Positions 30,380 through 40,683 are shown, counted from the stretch's first letter. The stretch is 64,000 bases of DNA from Candidatus Bathyarchaeota archaeon (GCA_963733055.1 CAVTBR010000001.1:256001-320000); one strand, 5' to 3'. The notes: generated by a model not told the origin, from the letters alone. A program made the numbers and translations.

Positions 30380-31207
30380 TTGACGACACCAATACTCGGC
30401 GAATACAGGTCAGATTACAACCCTAGCTGGTGTCCGGGCTGCGGTGACTACGGGGTCCTCAAATCAATCGAGATGGCTTTCGCTGAACTTAGCTTGCGCC
30501 CCGAACAGGTGGTGGTCGTATCAGGAATCGGATGCAACGGCAGATTCCCACATGGCTTCAAGACATACGGATTTCACACACTTCACGGAAGAGTACTCCC
30601 TATAGCCCAAGGGATCAGCATGGCAAAGCCGGCGTTAAGCATAGTTGGAATTTCTGGAGACGGAGACGCGTTCGCAATAGGCGGAGGACACATTCCGCAC
30701 GCTGCCAGGAGAAACCCTGACCTAGCATACATAGTGTTGGATAATGGCATCTTTGCACAGACGAAGGGCCAACCGTCCCCCACAACCGCTCTAGGGGTGA
30801 GAACGAAGACGTCGCCCGCCGGAAGCACCGAAGACCCGATCGACATCAGCCAGCTAGCACTTGCGTATCACGTCTCATTCCTTGCAAGAGGTTTCCCAGG
30901 TAAACCAAACCACTTGGCACGTATCATCGCAGAGGGGATCAAACACAAAGGTTTCGCGCTCATACATGTGTTGAATCCGTGCCCCACGTTTCACGACACA
31001 TGGAAAGAGTACGCAGCGAAAGTATCTGAAATAGGTCCGGAACACGACCCTACCGACCTCGACGCGGCATGGAAATTGGTCGAAAGGGAGGACAAGCTCC
31101 CGATAGGCGTCATCCTCAAGCAGAACCGTCCAACACAGGAAGAAAGAGCAAGAATTCCAGCCGGGTCAAACTCGGACATCAATAGCATCTTGGCTTCCTT
31201 CCGATAA
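30380..31207 (+). CDS. korB: 2-oxoacid:ferredoxin oxidoreductase beta subunit
   Basis: WCPGCGD, GIGC, HGR, GDGD TPP-binding motif. Confidence 0.92.
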   Translation: MTTPILGEYRSDYNPSWCPGCGDYGVLKSIEMAFAELSLRPEQVVVVSGIGCNGRFPHGFKTYGFHTLHGRVLPIAQGISMAKPALSIVGISGDGDAFAIGGGHIPHAARRNPDLAYIVLDNGIFAQTKGQPSPTTALGVRTKTSPAGSTEDPIDISQLALAYHVSFLARGFPGKPNHLARIIAEGIKHKGFALIHVLNPCPTFHDTWKEYAAKVSEIGPEHDPTDLDAAWKLVEREDKLPIGVILKQNRPTQEERARIPAGSNSDINSILASFR

Positions 31208-31234
31208 CCCGTAGGCTTCGGCAAGGCAGCAGAC

Positions 31235-32077
31235 TTGACCTTCGTGTATGCATGCATTGCACCACACGGCAGCGAAACCATCAAACAACTTGCCAGTAAA
31301 ACCGCGGCGAACAAGTTTCGCAAAACACGAGACGGACTACGTAGGCTCGCTGTAGAGATGGGTAAAGCGAGGCCAGACACTATTGTGATAGCGAGTCCGC
31401 ACAACCTAAGATTGTTTGGTAATATTGCGGTTGTACTTTCCGAAAATTCCTCTGGAACCTTGCAAGCATCACCGCGAAACAAGAAAACAGTTAGCCTCAA
31501 AACTAAATGCGACGTCAAATTCGCAAAGGACCTGCTTGAGCGTTCGGCGAGAAGCCAGTTACCTGTCGTGGGAGCGCATTATGGAACCACCGAAGGGATC
31601 ACGTCGGATATGCCTATGGATTGGGGAACTCTGGTTCCTCTATGGTTCATGATCCCTCGATGCAGAAAGAGACCTAGAATTGTTATCGTAACGCCATCGC
31701 GCGAGATCCCGTTGTCGAAGAACTTTGAGTTCGGTCGAATGATTGCGAGACAAGCCGAAGCCGACCCTTCAAAGAGAGTAGTATTTGTCGCGAGCGCTGA
31801 CCAAGCACACGCGCACAAACACACGGGGCCTTACGGTTTCAGCAAGCAAGCGAAGAACTACGATAAGATGGTCTTGAGCGCACTGATGAACAACCGATTC
31901 AGCAGCATCATGACTTTCAAAGAGGATTTAGTTAGGGCGGCAAAGCCGGATAGTTTGTGGCAAATGGCAATGCTCGCCGGAATATCTGATGAGATCCCGC
32001 TTCAGTCGGAGATTGTCTCCTACGATGTTCCATCTTATTTTGGTATGATTTGCGCAAGCTTCCATAGAATATATTGA
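31235..32077 (+). CDS. LigB/Memo-like extradiol dioxygenase family protein
   Basis: APHG, SPHN, DWG, SADQAH, PSYFGM. Confidence 0.8.
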   Translation: MTFVYACIAPHGSETIKQLASKTAANKFRKTRDGLRRLAVEMGKARPDTIVIASPHNLRLFGNIAVVLSENSSGTLQASPRNKKTVSLKTKCDVKFAKDLLERSARSQLPVVGAHYGTTEGITSDMPMDWGTLVPLWFMIPRCRKRPRIVIVTPSREIPLSKNFEFGRMIARQAEADPSKRVVFVASADQAHAHKHTGPYGFSKQAKNYDKMVLSALMNNRFSSIMTFKEDLVRAAKPDSLWQMAMLAGISDEIPLQSEIVSYDVPSYFGMICASFHRIY

Positions 32078-32227
32078 ATATGCTTGGCCTGTTAGGTCAG
32101 GTCGCGTCTATTTATCTGCAAATTTCTTCGACGCTGTACACCATAGCTGGAAAGCAACCACAAGCCATTTCCTCATTTTATTCCCTGTCCGCTCGCGAAC
32201 AAAAAAGGAAATTCTACGAGCCGACCC

Positions 32228-33286
32228 ATGATGCTTGATAAACCAAAACTCTTCGGTAGCCTGATCACTCAGGTAATTCGCCCTAACCTCTGCAGTTTCT
32301 GCGGTGCCTGCATGGCTGCTTGCCCGATTAACGTTCTTTGGCCTTCTGGAGAACAACCAACACTCGTCGGAGCTTGTGCTCTCTGCGAGATCTGCTACTA
32401 TCAATGTCCTAACGTGGATTTCTTGAGCGACGACGTGGAAATGCTCCTACATAACCGAACCAGACGCCCCGACGAACCCCTTGGAATCTCGCACGGAACT
32501 TTCGTCGGCAAGGCGACCAAAAATGAAATTCTCTGCAAGGCTCAGGACGGAGGCGTTGTCACAGCACTTCTCGCATACGCGCTGGAGAGTAAGTTGATTG
32601 ATGCCGCTGTTGTTGCGGTTAGGGATTCGAAATGGCGGGCAAAGCCAGAGGTCGCAACGAAATATGACGACCTGGTCAAGGGCGCTGGGACGAAGTATAC
32701 AGCGAGCCCAACACTACTCGGCGTTCGATCAGCCGTGGATGAGTACCAGAAGACTAAGATTGGCCTCGTGGGAACGCCATGTCAAATCAAGGCGGTAAGG
32801 AGAATTCAGACTTCACCACTCGGAAATGTCCGACTAGCACAGGCAATGACGCTCTCGATAGGTTTGTTCTGCATGGAAAGTTACGCATACGATCCACTCG
32901 TCCAAAACTACCTAGTAGGCAAAGGAATCGATCCACTCTCGGTAACTAGAATGGGAATAAAGAAAGGGTCCTTCATCGCATGGTCAGGAGAGACTGAGGT
33001 CCTTCACGTGCCCCTAAGAGATGTCGACGCTTTCGTGAGAAACAGTTGCAAGCATTGCGAAGATTTCACCGCAGAGTACTCGGATATCTCGGTTGGTGGA
33101 GTCGGTTGCCCTAGCGGCTATTCGACAGTTATCGCAAGGACCGAAAAGGGACTTGAACTACTGAAGAACGCTGAGAAGGCCGGGTACATAGAGCTCCGCG
33201 AACTGAAGCCAGAGGAGAAGGGGTACCTGAAAGTCGTAAACATGGCCCAGACAAAGAGACTGAGGAAATCAATCAAACCGATTTAA
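32228..33286 (+). CDS. Coenzyme F420 hydrogenase/dehydrogenase beta-subunit family protein with N-terminal 2x[4Fe-4S] domain
   Basis: CSFCGACMAACP and CALCEICYYQCP; QDGGVVT, GTKY, GTPCQ, GLFC, CKHCEDF. Confidence 0.9.
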   Translation: MMLDKPKLFGSLITQVIRPNLCSFCGACMAACPINVLWPSGEQPTLVGACALCEICYYQCPNVDFLSDDVEMLLHNRTRRPDEPLGISHGTFVGKATKNEILCKAQDGGVVTALLAYALESKLIDAAVVAVRDSKWRAKPEVATKYDDLVKGAGTKYTASPTLLGVRSAVDEYQKTKIGLVGTPCQIKAVRRIQTSPLGNVRLAQAMTLSIGLFCMESYAYDPLVQNYLVGKGIDPLSVTRMGIKKGSFIAWSGETEVLHVPLRDVDAFVRNSCKHCEDFTAEYSDISVGGVGCPSGYSTVIARTEKGLELLKNAEKAGYIELRELKPEEKGYLKVVNMAQTKRLRKSIKPI

Positions 33287-33374
33287 CAGATATTCACTAG
33301 CAACCAACTAATGTACCTAGGACACTTTCCGACTTAAATCCAAGCCTCGCGATGGCATATCGCGGGCTGGATCG

Positions 33375-34245
33375 TTGTCACAGCTAGACTTCAAACTCGG
33401 CCCAGTACTGAGACTGGGTCCCATTTGCCTGAGAGTGAACGACCTGGCATTAATGCTCTCATTCTACGGGAAAGAGTGCGGACTCAAAGTAATCAAACGT
33501 GATGGAAACTTCACGGCACTCGCGTGCGGACAATCGGAGCAACCAATCTTAATTCTCAATCACGATGAAAAGGCGTTAAAGCCCCCCGCGGACTGCGGCA
33601 GGCCTATATCACTACGCGCTCCTTGTTCCAAACCGAAAGAGCCTTGCTGCCGCGTACGTTTCGCTCGGAAACAACGGCGTAATCTTCGACGGATACGCTG
33701 ACCACAATGTCAGCGAGGCACTGTACTTGAGTGATCCCGAAGGCAATGGAATTGAGATATACGCTGATAGACCGAGAAGCGAATGGAAATTTCATGATGG
33801 CGAGGTTCAGATGGCGACTGAGCCCTTGGACTTGGAGTCGGTCCTCAAAGAATTGCCGAAGGATACAGAGGATAAGATAGATGGGATCGCTGAGGGAACT
33901 CGAGTCGGCCATGTGCACCTGAAAGTAACTGACCTGCAGACTTCGATGGCATTCTACCGAAACGTTTTGGGGCTGGAATTGATGAGCTATTTGGGGAGTG
34001 CGGCGTTCCTATCCGTTGATGGGTACCATCACCACATCGGCATGAACACATGGGAGAGCCTCGGCGGACCGAGAGCTCAGAAATCTAAGCTGGGCCTAGA
34101 ATACTTCGTTCTAAACATTCCCATAACAAACTTGAATGAACTCGCCTCTAAACTCGGAGGAAATTTGAGCGCGCAGAACGAGGAACCTAGAAGACTCTTC
34201 GTCTCAGATCCTGATGATATCTCGCTGATTTTCAGTGCACTCTGA
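33375..34245 (+). CDS. VOC family CatE-like (catechol 2,3-dioxygenase/glyoxalase), frameshift near 33595
   Basis: The joined frames give GLYHYALLVP...DHNVSEALYLSDPEGNGIEIY, GHVHL and GYHHHIG. Confidence 0.88.
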
Positions 34246-34666
34246 TTCTTGAGTTCTTAACCCCGCTTATCACAAAGCATGACTCTCTACAACCGAAGAG
34301 AGAGTAACGCCTACCCGCGATGAAATTGTAGGCTCTCTCCGCCAATGAGGTGCTGAACAGTCTACAGACGAGTTTGAAGGGGGCAAGGAAGTTGCAGATT
34401 TCTGTGATTGCAGCCGGCCCGCTCATTAGTGAACCGTCGTCTCGGATCAGATGCATTCGCCCTTGAAGTTGTTGATCATTCAACCCATACTTTTGCCTCA
34501 TCCGAGAGCCAAGTTCTTGGAAGGGCTCGTACTGGATAGTTTTGTTGCGGTCAATTAGGTTGAGGAACCGAACCGCGCCAGTGCAAAGGTTGCAGATGCC
34601 ATCGTAGACCAATTGCGGCTTTTGAACCAATTTGAAGCTGCCAACCTTGACGTCTTTGAGACTCAA
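34232..34666 (-). CDS. DCC-family thiol-disulfide oxidoreductase (DUF393)
   Basis: YDGICNLC ... YNFIAGRRY..FG. Confidence 0.88.
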   Translation of the reverse strand: MSLKDVKVGSFKLVQKPQLVYDGICNLCTGAVRFLNLIDRNKTIQYEPFQELGSRMRQKYGLNDQQLQGRMHLIRDDGSLMSGPAAITEICNFLAPFKLVCRLFSTSLAERAYNFIAGRRYSLFGCRESCFVISGVKNSRIRVH

Positions 34667-34827
34667 TGACTCTTGTTTATGCTCGCGTAGAGCAAGTCAC
34701 CCACGTTCATGGGCGGAGGGGTGTAGAGATGAACAAACTTGCATTCATCGCAGTAGCTTCTTTGACATTCCACACAGAAACCTATTGGCCGTCTTCCACT
34801 TCCACAGGAACAGGTTTGCATACTCAT
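34663..34827 (-). CDS. 54-aa B-box-like zinc-finger protein (missed by ORF track)
   Basis: MSMQTCSCGSGRRPIGFCVECQRSYCDECKFVH...; its stop overlaps the TTG start of the DCC gene. Confidence 0.65.
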   Translation of the reverse strand: MSMQTCSCGSGRRPIGFCVECQRSYCDECKFVHLYTPPPMNVGDLLYASINKSH

Positions 34828-35056
34828 GAGAACTCGACCCTCTCGCCACGAACTCTAGTCATCGACGCTGTGAGTCGAGGCGATGAATTATCCTTTGCCC
34901 TCATCGCGCTCAGTAAAATGTGCAGAACCACAAGAATCAGTTGCCGATTTTCAATTGCTAAGTTCGTTTTGCGATATTCGAACGCTTAATCGACCCCAAG
35001 ATTTGATGAGAGCATGAGGCAGGTGGCTTTTTGTCACTACAATTATATACGGTCCC

Positions 35057-36556
35057 TTGCCTCGTTTCAACTTCATGTCTCAGAATCAGGTCGTAATGGA
35101 GATCGCCGAGAAGTATAAGCCGCTATGGGCGCTCGATAGTGTGAGCTCACTACTTGATTGGGACATGGAAACCTACATGCCAGTAGGTTCCTCCGAACAG
35201 AGAGGTTTCGCAATCGCCCAAACCCAACTGATAAGACAAGAACGCATGACCCAGCTAGTAGACCTGGCACAAAAGGCAGAAAGATTATCCGGACTCAACG
35301 ACTACGAAAAGGGCTTCGTAAGGGTACTGAGACATGACCTCGATTATTACTTGAAAGTCCCTCCCAACCTATTGGAAGACATCTATAGAACCGGAACCGA
35401 GGGGACGGTAGTTTGGCGAGAGGCAAGGCGAAAATCCGACTTTTCGATGTTTGAACCGTATCTGAAAAAAATGGTTGCCTTGAAGAGACAGGAGGCAGAG
35501 AAACTCGGCTACAAGGGGCACCCCTACAATGCGTTGATGGACAGATTCGAGGAAGGATTTACAACCAGCGACGCGGACAGGGTATTTTCTCAACTAACTC
35601 CCGCTCTGAAAGGAATACTCGACAAGATTCTAGCAGCGGGTAAATTCCCACGGACTCACCCGCTCGAAGAAATGAGCTATGAAGAAGTGGCAATGAAACG
35701 AGTGAACGAAGACGTTTTGAAGATATTGCAAATGCCTGAGAAAACATTCAGGATGGATATCTCAACACATCCCTTCACGGCCAGTATGTCCAACGAGGAC
35801 GTGAGGATAACAACTCGTTACGAGGGGAAGGACTTCAAATCTTCCCTCTACTCGACGGTGCACGAATCGGGCCACGCAATTTACGACTTACAAATCGACC
35901 CGTCCCTCAACTATACCCCTCTTTGTAGAATAATTTCATCGGGAGTGCACGAATCCCAATCAAGATTCTGGGAGAATTTCATCGGAAGAAGTAGAGAATT
36001 CGTGAGATTAGTCTATCCGACCTTGAAATCGAACCTTCCCTTCGTCGCGAAATACAACGAGGATCAAATCTATCGCTATCTGAACACGGTGAAACCCAGC
36101 CTCATCCGCGTTGAAGCAGATGAAGTGACTTACAACTTCCACATCATGGTCAGGTATGAATTGGAAAAGAAACTCATCGGCGAAGAAATCCAAGTGTCGG
36201 AAGCGCCTTCACTCTGGAAAGACCTGATGGAAAAGTACGTAGGCGAACGGCCCAAGACCGACGCTGACGGAATCCTTCAAGATGTTCATTGGAGCGGAGG
36301 CCTGTTTGGATACTTCCCCACCTACTCTCTAGGAAACGTCATCGCGGGAATGTTCTACAACCGCATACGGAAGGACATGGACCTCAACGCCACGATTGCG
36401 AAGGGTGAATTTGGTAGGGTTAAGGACTGGCTGAAAGAGAAGATCCACAGACACGGCGCAATATACTCGCCCAAGGAACTACAGAAGAGGTTGTTCGGCG
36501 AAGAATACAACCCGCAATGGCTGATCAACTACTTGCAAGAAAAATACCTAGAGTAA
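35057..36556 (+). CDS. Carboxypeptidase M32 (Taq-type)
   Basis: HPF, HESGH, HESQSRFWEN, IRVEADE, QDVHW, GYFPTY. Confidence 0.97.
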   Translation: MPRFNFMSQNQVVMEIAEKYKPLWALDSVSSLLDWDMETYMPVGSSEQRGFAIAQTQLIRQERMTQLVDLAQKAERLSGLNDYEKGFVRVLRHDLDYYLKVPPNLLEDIYRTGTEGTVVWREARRKSDFSMFEPYLKKMVALKRQEAEKLGYKGHPYNALMDRFEEGFTTSDADRVFSQLTPALKGILDKILAAGKFPRTHPLEEMSYEEVAMKRVNEDVLKILQMPEKTFRMDISTHPFTASMSNEDVRITTRYEGKDFKSSLYSTVHESGHAIYDLQIDPSLNYTPLCRIISSGVHESQSRFWENFIGRSREFVRLVYPTLKSNLPFVAKYNEDQIYRYLNTVKPSLIRVEADEVTYNFHIMVRYELEKKLIGEEIQVSEAPSLWKDLMEKYVGERPKTDADGILQDVHWSGGLFGYFPTYSLGNVIAGMFYNRIRKDMDLNATIAKGEFGRVKDWLKEKIHRHGAIYSPKELQKRLFGEEYNPQWLINYLQEKYLE

Positions 36557-36577
36557 ACTAGACCAGGTGAGACAGCC

Positions 36578-36967
36578 ATGCCAAAACGATATCGTCTCGT
36601 CTACGCCGGAATACGGGTGAGGGATCTAAAGAAATCAACCGACTTTTACAGAAGGATCATGGGAATGCGAGTCACGAGGCGAGGAACGATGCCCCACGGA
36701 GGCAAGTATGTAGCTCTAAGAAGCCCCGGATCCTCACAAGAACTCGAGTTGAACTGGTACCCGTCTCGAAGCAAATTCTATTCCAAATACCGGAGAGGCG
36801 ACGAGTTAGATCACCTGGCGTTCGGCGTGGGCAACGTGAAAGCAGCGCTAGCCAAACTTGTTTCCAAAGGAGTCGAGGTGGCCGTCTCACTCTCTGAGGC
36901 CAAAGGAGTCACGGAGGTCTACGTGAAAGACCCCGACGGAATCTGGATAGAACTTCTAAACTGGTAA
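36578..36967 (+). CDS. VOC family protein
   Basis: GIRVRDL, LELNWY, LDHLAF, DPDGIWIEL; paralog of 18434-18859. Confidence 0.9.
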   Translation: MPKRYRLVYAGIRVRDLKKSTDFYRRIMGMRVTRRGTMPHGGKYVALRSPGSSQELELNWYPSRSKFYSKYRRGDELDHLAFGVGNVKAALAKLVSKGVEVAVSLSEAKGVTEVYVKDPDGIWIELLNW

Positions 36968-36995
36968 CGCGCTAGCACCTTCGAAGGGAATCGAT

Positions 36996-37568
36996 CTGAG
37001 CGACGCTCTGAGAAGATGCGGCTGGGCGCGGAATGACCCTCTGCTTAGAGTATACCATGACGAAGAGTGGGGCGTTCCTGTGCACGACGACCTCAAACTG
37101 TTCGAGTTTCTCATACTCGAAGGGGCGCAGGCTGGGCTTAGTTGGCTAACCGTACTGAAGAAACGAGACGCCTTCCGATCCGCCTTCGACGGATTCGACC
37201 CAAAGAAGGTTGCCAATTATTCGAACTCCGACATCAGGCAGCTGCTAACCAACCCCGCAATAATCCGTAATCGTCTCAAAATATCAGCGGCGATAACAAA
37301 CGCCCGGCAACTCCTAAGCGTACAGGACGAATTTGGAACCTTCGACAATTACGTTTGGAGGTTTGTCGGTGGCAGGCGGATTGAACATCGGTTCAGGTCG
37401 ATGTCAGCCATTCCCGCGAAGACCAGGGAATCTGACGCCATGAGCCGCGACATGATTAGGCGAGGGTTCAAGTTCGTTGGCTCAACTATTTGCTACGCCT
37501 TCATGCAAGCCGTAGGAATGACAAACGACCACACGATAAACTGTTTCAGATACAAGCAGCTGAAATAA
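36996..37568 (+). CDS. tag: DNA-3-methyladenine glycosylase I
   Basis: RCGW...YHDEEWG upstream in frame, LEGAQAGLSW, IIRNRLKI, FKFVG, NDH...C; start approximate. Confidence 0.93.
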   Translation: MSDALRRCGWARNDPLLRVYHDEEWGVPVHDDLKLFEFLILEGAQAGLSWLTVLKKRDAFRSAFDGFDPKKVANYSNSDIRQLLTNPAIIRNRLKISAAITNARQLLSVQDEFGTFDNYVWRFVGGRRIEHRFRSMSAIPAKTRESDAMSRDMIRRGFKFVGSTICYAFMQAVGMTNDHTINCFRYKQLK

Positions 37569-37666
37569 TCTGCGAACTGCGTTAACGCGAAATCCGCGTC
37601 GAAGATACTCTTTTCAAGACATAGATTGGTTCCTAAGTCGTCAGTGCAGATCCTAATCAGAGTTTT

Positions 37667-37984
37667 TCAAATGAAGTGCGCGACGAGGCCTAGAATGCCA
37701 CCGATCAGGACGAGAAGTCCGCCGATTCCGCCCCCGACGAAGCCGACTATGATCAAGACGATCGCCCAGATCAATTCGGTCACCCGCTTAGATCCTACGA
37801 CGGCCACAATTCCCAGGATTATTGTGATGATACCGCCGAGGCCGAAACCTTCCACGGGTGAGTGAAATGGGATAGATACAGCGTATCCGACGAGGGATAG
37901 GAGCCCAAAGATAATCATGAGAATTCCGCCGATGATGGCGAGAATATACCCGAAATAGCCTATACTTCCTTTCCCGTGCTTCAT
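37667..37984 (-). CDS. Small Gly-rich membrane protein
   Basis: Four hydrophobic Gly-rich helices. Confidence 0.65.
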   Translation of the reverse strand: MKHGKGSIGYFGYILAIIGGILMIIFGLLSLVGYAVSIPFHSPVEGFGLGGIITIILGIVAVVGSKRVTELIWAIVLIIVGFVGGGIGGLLVLIGGILGLVAHFI

Positions 37985-38131
37985 TATTCTTCAAGCTATA
38001 ACCCGCGGACTTTGCTTTTATAACTTTGTAGAAACAGAACCCCGGGAAGGATTAGGGTAGTCTAAGTTGAATACAAACCCGCGGTATGCGGAACCGAGTA
38101 CACCGAGAACATGAAAGGGTCAGGTTGAAAG

Positions 38132-38626
38132 TTGCCTGTAACGCAACTGCTGAACATCCTCGTGCTTTGGGTTCATCTGTTCAGCGCGGTTCTATTCGTT
38201 GGAGGTTCATTCTTCATGTGGTTAGTCATCGTCCCTGCCTCACATCTCATAACCACCGACGAATCGGAGAGGACGCGAATCGTTGGGAAGCTGGCCAAAG
38301 CCTTCGGTAACCTGACCAACCCCATCCTAATTGTCTTAGTGCTCACCGGGTTGTACAACGCAACATGGTACCTACAATCCGCAAATGCCCTCTTCGAATA
38401 CCCAGGCACGCTCCTACTGACGAAAGCAATCCTCGTAGCAGGTCTGCTGCTACTCATCTATGCCAATAACCTATACTTCGGAAAGAAAATCATCCGACTA
38501 GCCAAAGACGCAAAATTGAACGAACTCAAGGCGCTGCGTCAAACGAGCAGGATCGTTTCGGCAGCAAACCTGACACTAATGCTTCTGATCCTACTCCTCT
38601 CAACGATGATGCAAATGCCTCCCTGA
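38132..38626 (+). CDS. CopD/DUF4149-like membrane protein
   Basis: WVHLFSAVLFVGG...LVLTG...LTK pattern. Confidence 0.65.
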   Translation: MPVTQLLNILVLWVHLFSAVLFVGGSFFMWLVIVPASHLITTDESERTRIVGKLAKAFGNLTNPILIVLVLTGLYNATWYLQSANALFEYPGTLLLTKAILVAGLLLLIYANNLYFGKKIIRLAKDAKLNELKALRQTSRIVSAANLTLMLLILLLSTMMQMPP

Positions 38627-38672
38627 AATCGGATCTGCAGCCGCAATTCGAACAACGAGTCACCAATTGTGC

Positions 38673-40106
38673 TCAACTTTTTGGTACTCCGAATCCGATG
38701 CCCATCCAGCTGGTGTCGGGGGTTCGTGTGGCGTAGATGGCTAATGCAAGCGCCCAGAGCTCATCATCGTGAGTTCCATCCGGATGGCTGAATTGGGTTT
38801 GGCCGATTTTGGTGAGTTCGTAGTGTTCCACGTTGATTTGGGCGATTAGGTCTTGGTCTAGGTAGAGGCCGACACTTTCGGTTTCCATCATGTTCTTCAT
38901 GTAACCAAGGATCTCTTGCTTGGACGGGACCGTGAGCATAACGCCCTCGATTATGCTCTTGATGTGCACGTTCTTCATTTCCTCGGTAATGTATTCGCCC
39001 ACACCGGTTCGGTCTACTAGCACTTTCTCGACGCGTTGGAGTTTGTCGCAGATCACCTTCACGTAGCCAATTACGGTGGCGTATGGTGTCTCGAGGGGAA
39101 AGCGAACTACGCTCACGAGCTCTGCCGCCTCCTCTTTCGTGTTCCACTGAACCACCGCTATGACTGAGTTGTCAACTTTCTTGCCGAAGTCGACGCCAAC
39201 AAAGTATCGTCCCGCCGGGGCGATTACGTGCTTTGTCCAGTCGTCGGTGATTGGGGCGAGATCGCTGGCGATACATTGGGCGATTAGTTTCTGTGTGAAG
39301 TAGACGAGCTCGTCCTCAACGAACTCGGCTAGGTATTCTCGGCGGAACCTCTCGCTGGGGGTTCGTTGCTTCATCTCGTCGACGAACTTCTGCGTCGTGA
39401 GGCCGGTGTCCACGACTTCTTTGATTTTGACCCATTGTTTGCTGAACGCTTTTTCTTGGGTGAACTTGTAGAAGACCGAATCCTTGCCCCATGGCGTGCT
39501 GCTTGCGATCAGAGTCCCATCAGTTGTCTGCAGCATGGGGAAGAGGACACTGTAGAAGACGAGTTCGTCTTCACGAAAGAACGCTGCTTCGTCGGTGAGC
39601 ACGTTGCTGGCAGTATAACCTCTCAGGAGGTTGGGGTTGTTGGGTAACGCAACAATCTGCGACCCTTCCCGGAACCAGATAACGGTCCGCTGCATCTTCG
39701 CAACGATCAGGCGGCGCAGCGGTTTGTTAATTGAGAGAAGGAAACGGTGGATCCTATCCATCACGATCATGGATTGGCGGCGGCCCGGGGCCACGATGAG
39801 GCTGGTGGTGCCGGGGTGGGTGGCTGCGTACCAGATCATGCGGACTGCGAGTGTGGTTGTTTTCCCGGATTGCCTGGGCCATACCACCACGATGCGTTTG
39901 CTCGGGTCCTCAAGAAGCGCAACCTGGTAGGGGGTTGGGTTGAAGCTGAGAATATCCTGGGCGAACTTAACGATCTCTTTCCCGTAGTAGTCTCGAGTCT
40001 TCGAATCCCAGATTATGGTTTTCTCAGGCCTCGATGCGTCGCCGCCTGGCGCGTTTTCAGCTTCCAGCTGTTCCGCTGCTTTTTCCAGTTGTTTTTTCAA
40101 GTTCAT
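38673..40106 (-). CDS. Viral terminase large subunit
   Basis: Walker A RQSGKTT, Walker B VLTDEAA, coupling motif SSTP, RNase-H nuclease GVDFG, VDRTGVG, HDD.LWALALA. Confidence 0.93.
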   Translation of the reverse strand: MNLKKQLEKAAEQLEAENAPGGDASRPEKTIIWDSKTRDYYGKEIVKFAQDILSFNPTPYQVALLEDPSKRIVVVWPRQSGKTTTLAVRMIWYAATHPGTTSLIVAPGRRQSMIVMDRIHRFLLSINKPLRRLIVAKMQRTVIWFREGSQIVALPNNPNLLRGYTASNVLTDEAAFFREDELVFYSVLFPMLQTTDGTLIASSTPWGKDSVFYKFTQEKAFSKQWVKIKEVVDTGLTTQKFVDEMKQRTPSERFRREYLAEFVEDELVYFTQKLIAQCIASDLAPITDDWTKHVIAPAGRYFVGVDFGKKVDNSVIAVVQWNTKEEAAELVSVVRFPLETPYATVIGYVKVICDKLQRVEKVLVDRTGVGEYITEEMKNVHIKSIIEGVMLTVPSKQEILGYMKNMMETESVGLYLDQDLIAQINVEHYELTKIGQTQFSHPDGTHDDELWALALAIYATRTPDTSWMGIGFGVPKS

Positions 40107-40596
40107 GTAGGCCCGCCTTCACACGTTCCAGCAGCGGCGCAACGGCCGCCTGATCTTGGTACTTGAGGATCTCGAGGTGGACGTTAGCTGTAGCAGCCAT
40201 AACTTCCATCACGTGAATTCTCGCTTTCGCATTCTTCGCGGCCTCCTCAGTCTTCATGAAGTCGGCAGCGTCCTGGATTGCTTTCCAAATGAGGGCTTCA
40301 AGGTCGTCTCGACGCTTGTCACTAGGAAGCCCACTGGCGATTGGGATGCCTAACGGTAGGCCCATGCTTAACGCTAGGTCAGTGTACTCTTTGACGTGGT
40401 GGCTGAACTGCAATGCGGCTCCGCCGAACTGCATCGCAGTTCGTTCCCTAGTCTTCGCTTGCAGATGTCCCCTGATGACTTCCTCACGTAGGTATTCGGA
40501 TGGAGTCATGTGTTTTTCAAGCGCAAGCAGGCGGATAGCTTCAAGGTACATGGGTTGAAGCCTGAAGACGACGTTTTGGCCGATCTTAGGATTCAT
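40057..40596 (-). CDS. Hypothetical protein with N-terminal ribbon-helix-helix, in the small-terminase position
   Basis: NVVFRL...AIRLLA...TPSEYLRE RHH pattern; overlaps the terL start. Confidence 0.6.
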   Translation of the reverse strand: MNPKIGQNVVFRLQPMYLEAIRLLALEKHMTPSEYLREEVIRGHLQAKTRERTAMQFGGAALQFSHHVKEYTDLALSMGLPLGIPIASGLPSDKRRDDLEALIWKAIQDAADFMKTEEAAKNAKARIHVMEVMAATANVHLEILKYQDQAAVAPLLERVKAGLHELEKTTGKSSGTAGS

Positions 40597-40683
40597 TCAC
40601 AAACATCCCGTTCCTGAACAACCATGTAGCCCACAAGGCATTTAACTAAAATCGTATATTATGATGCCTTAGGTATACTATTA

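Noticed and set aside
38630-38672. att direct repeat of the tRNA-Arg 3' end at the left island border
   Set aside because: No copy of GGGCCCGCGGGGATTCGAA found by eye, and no integrase in the window
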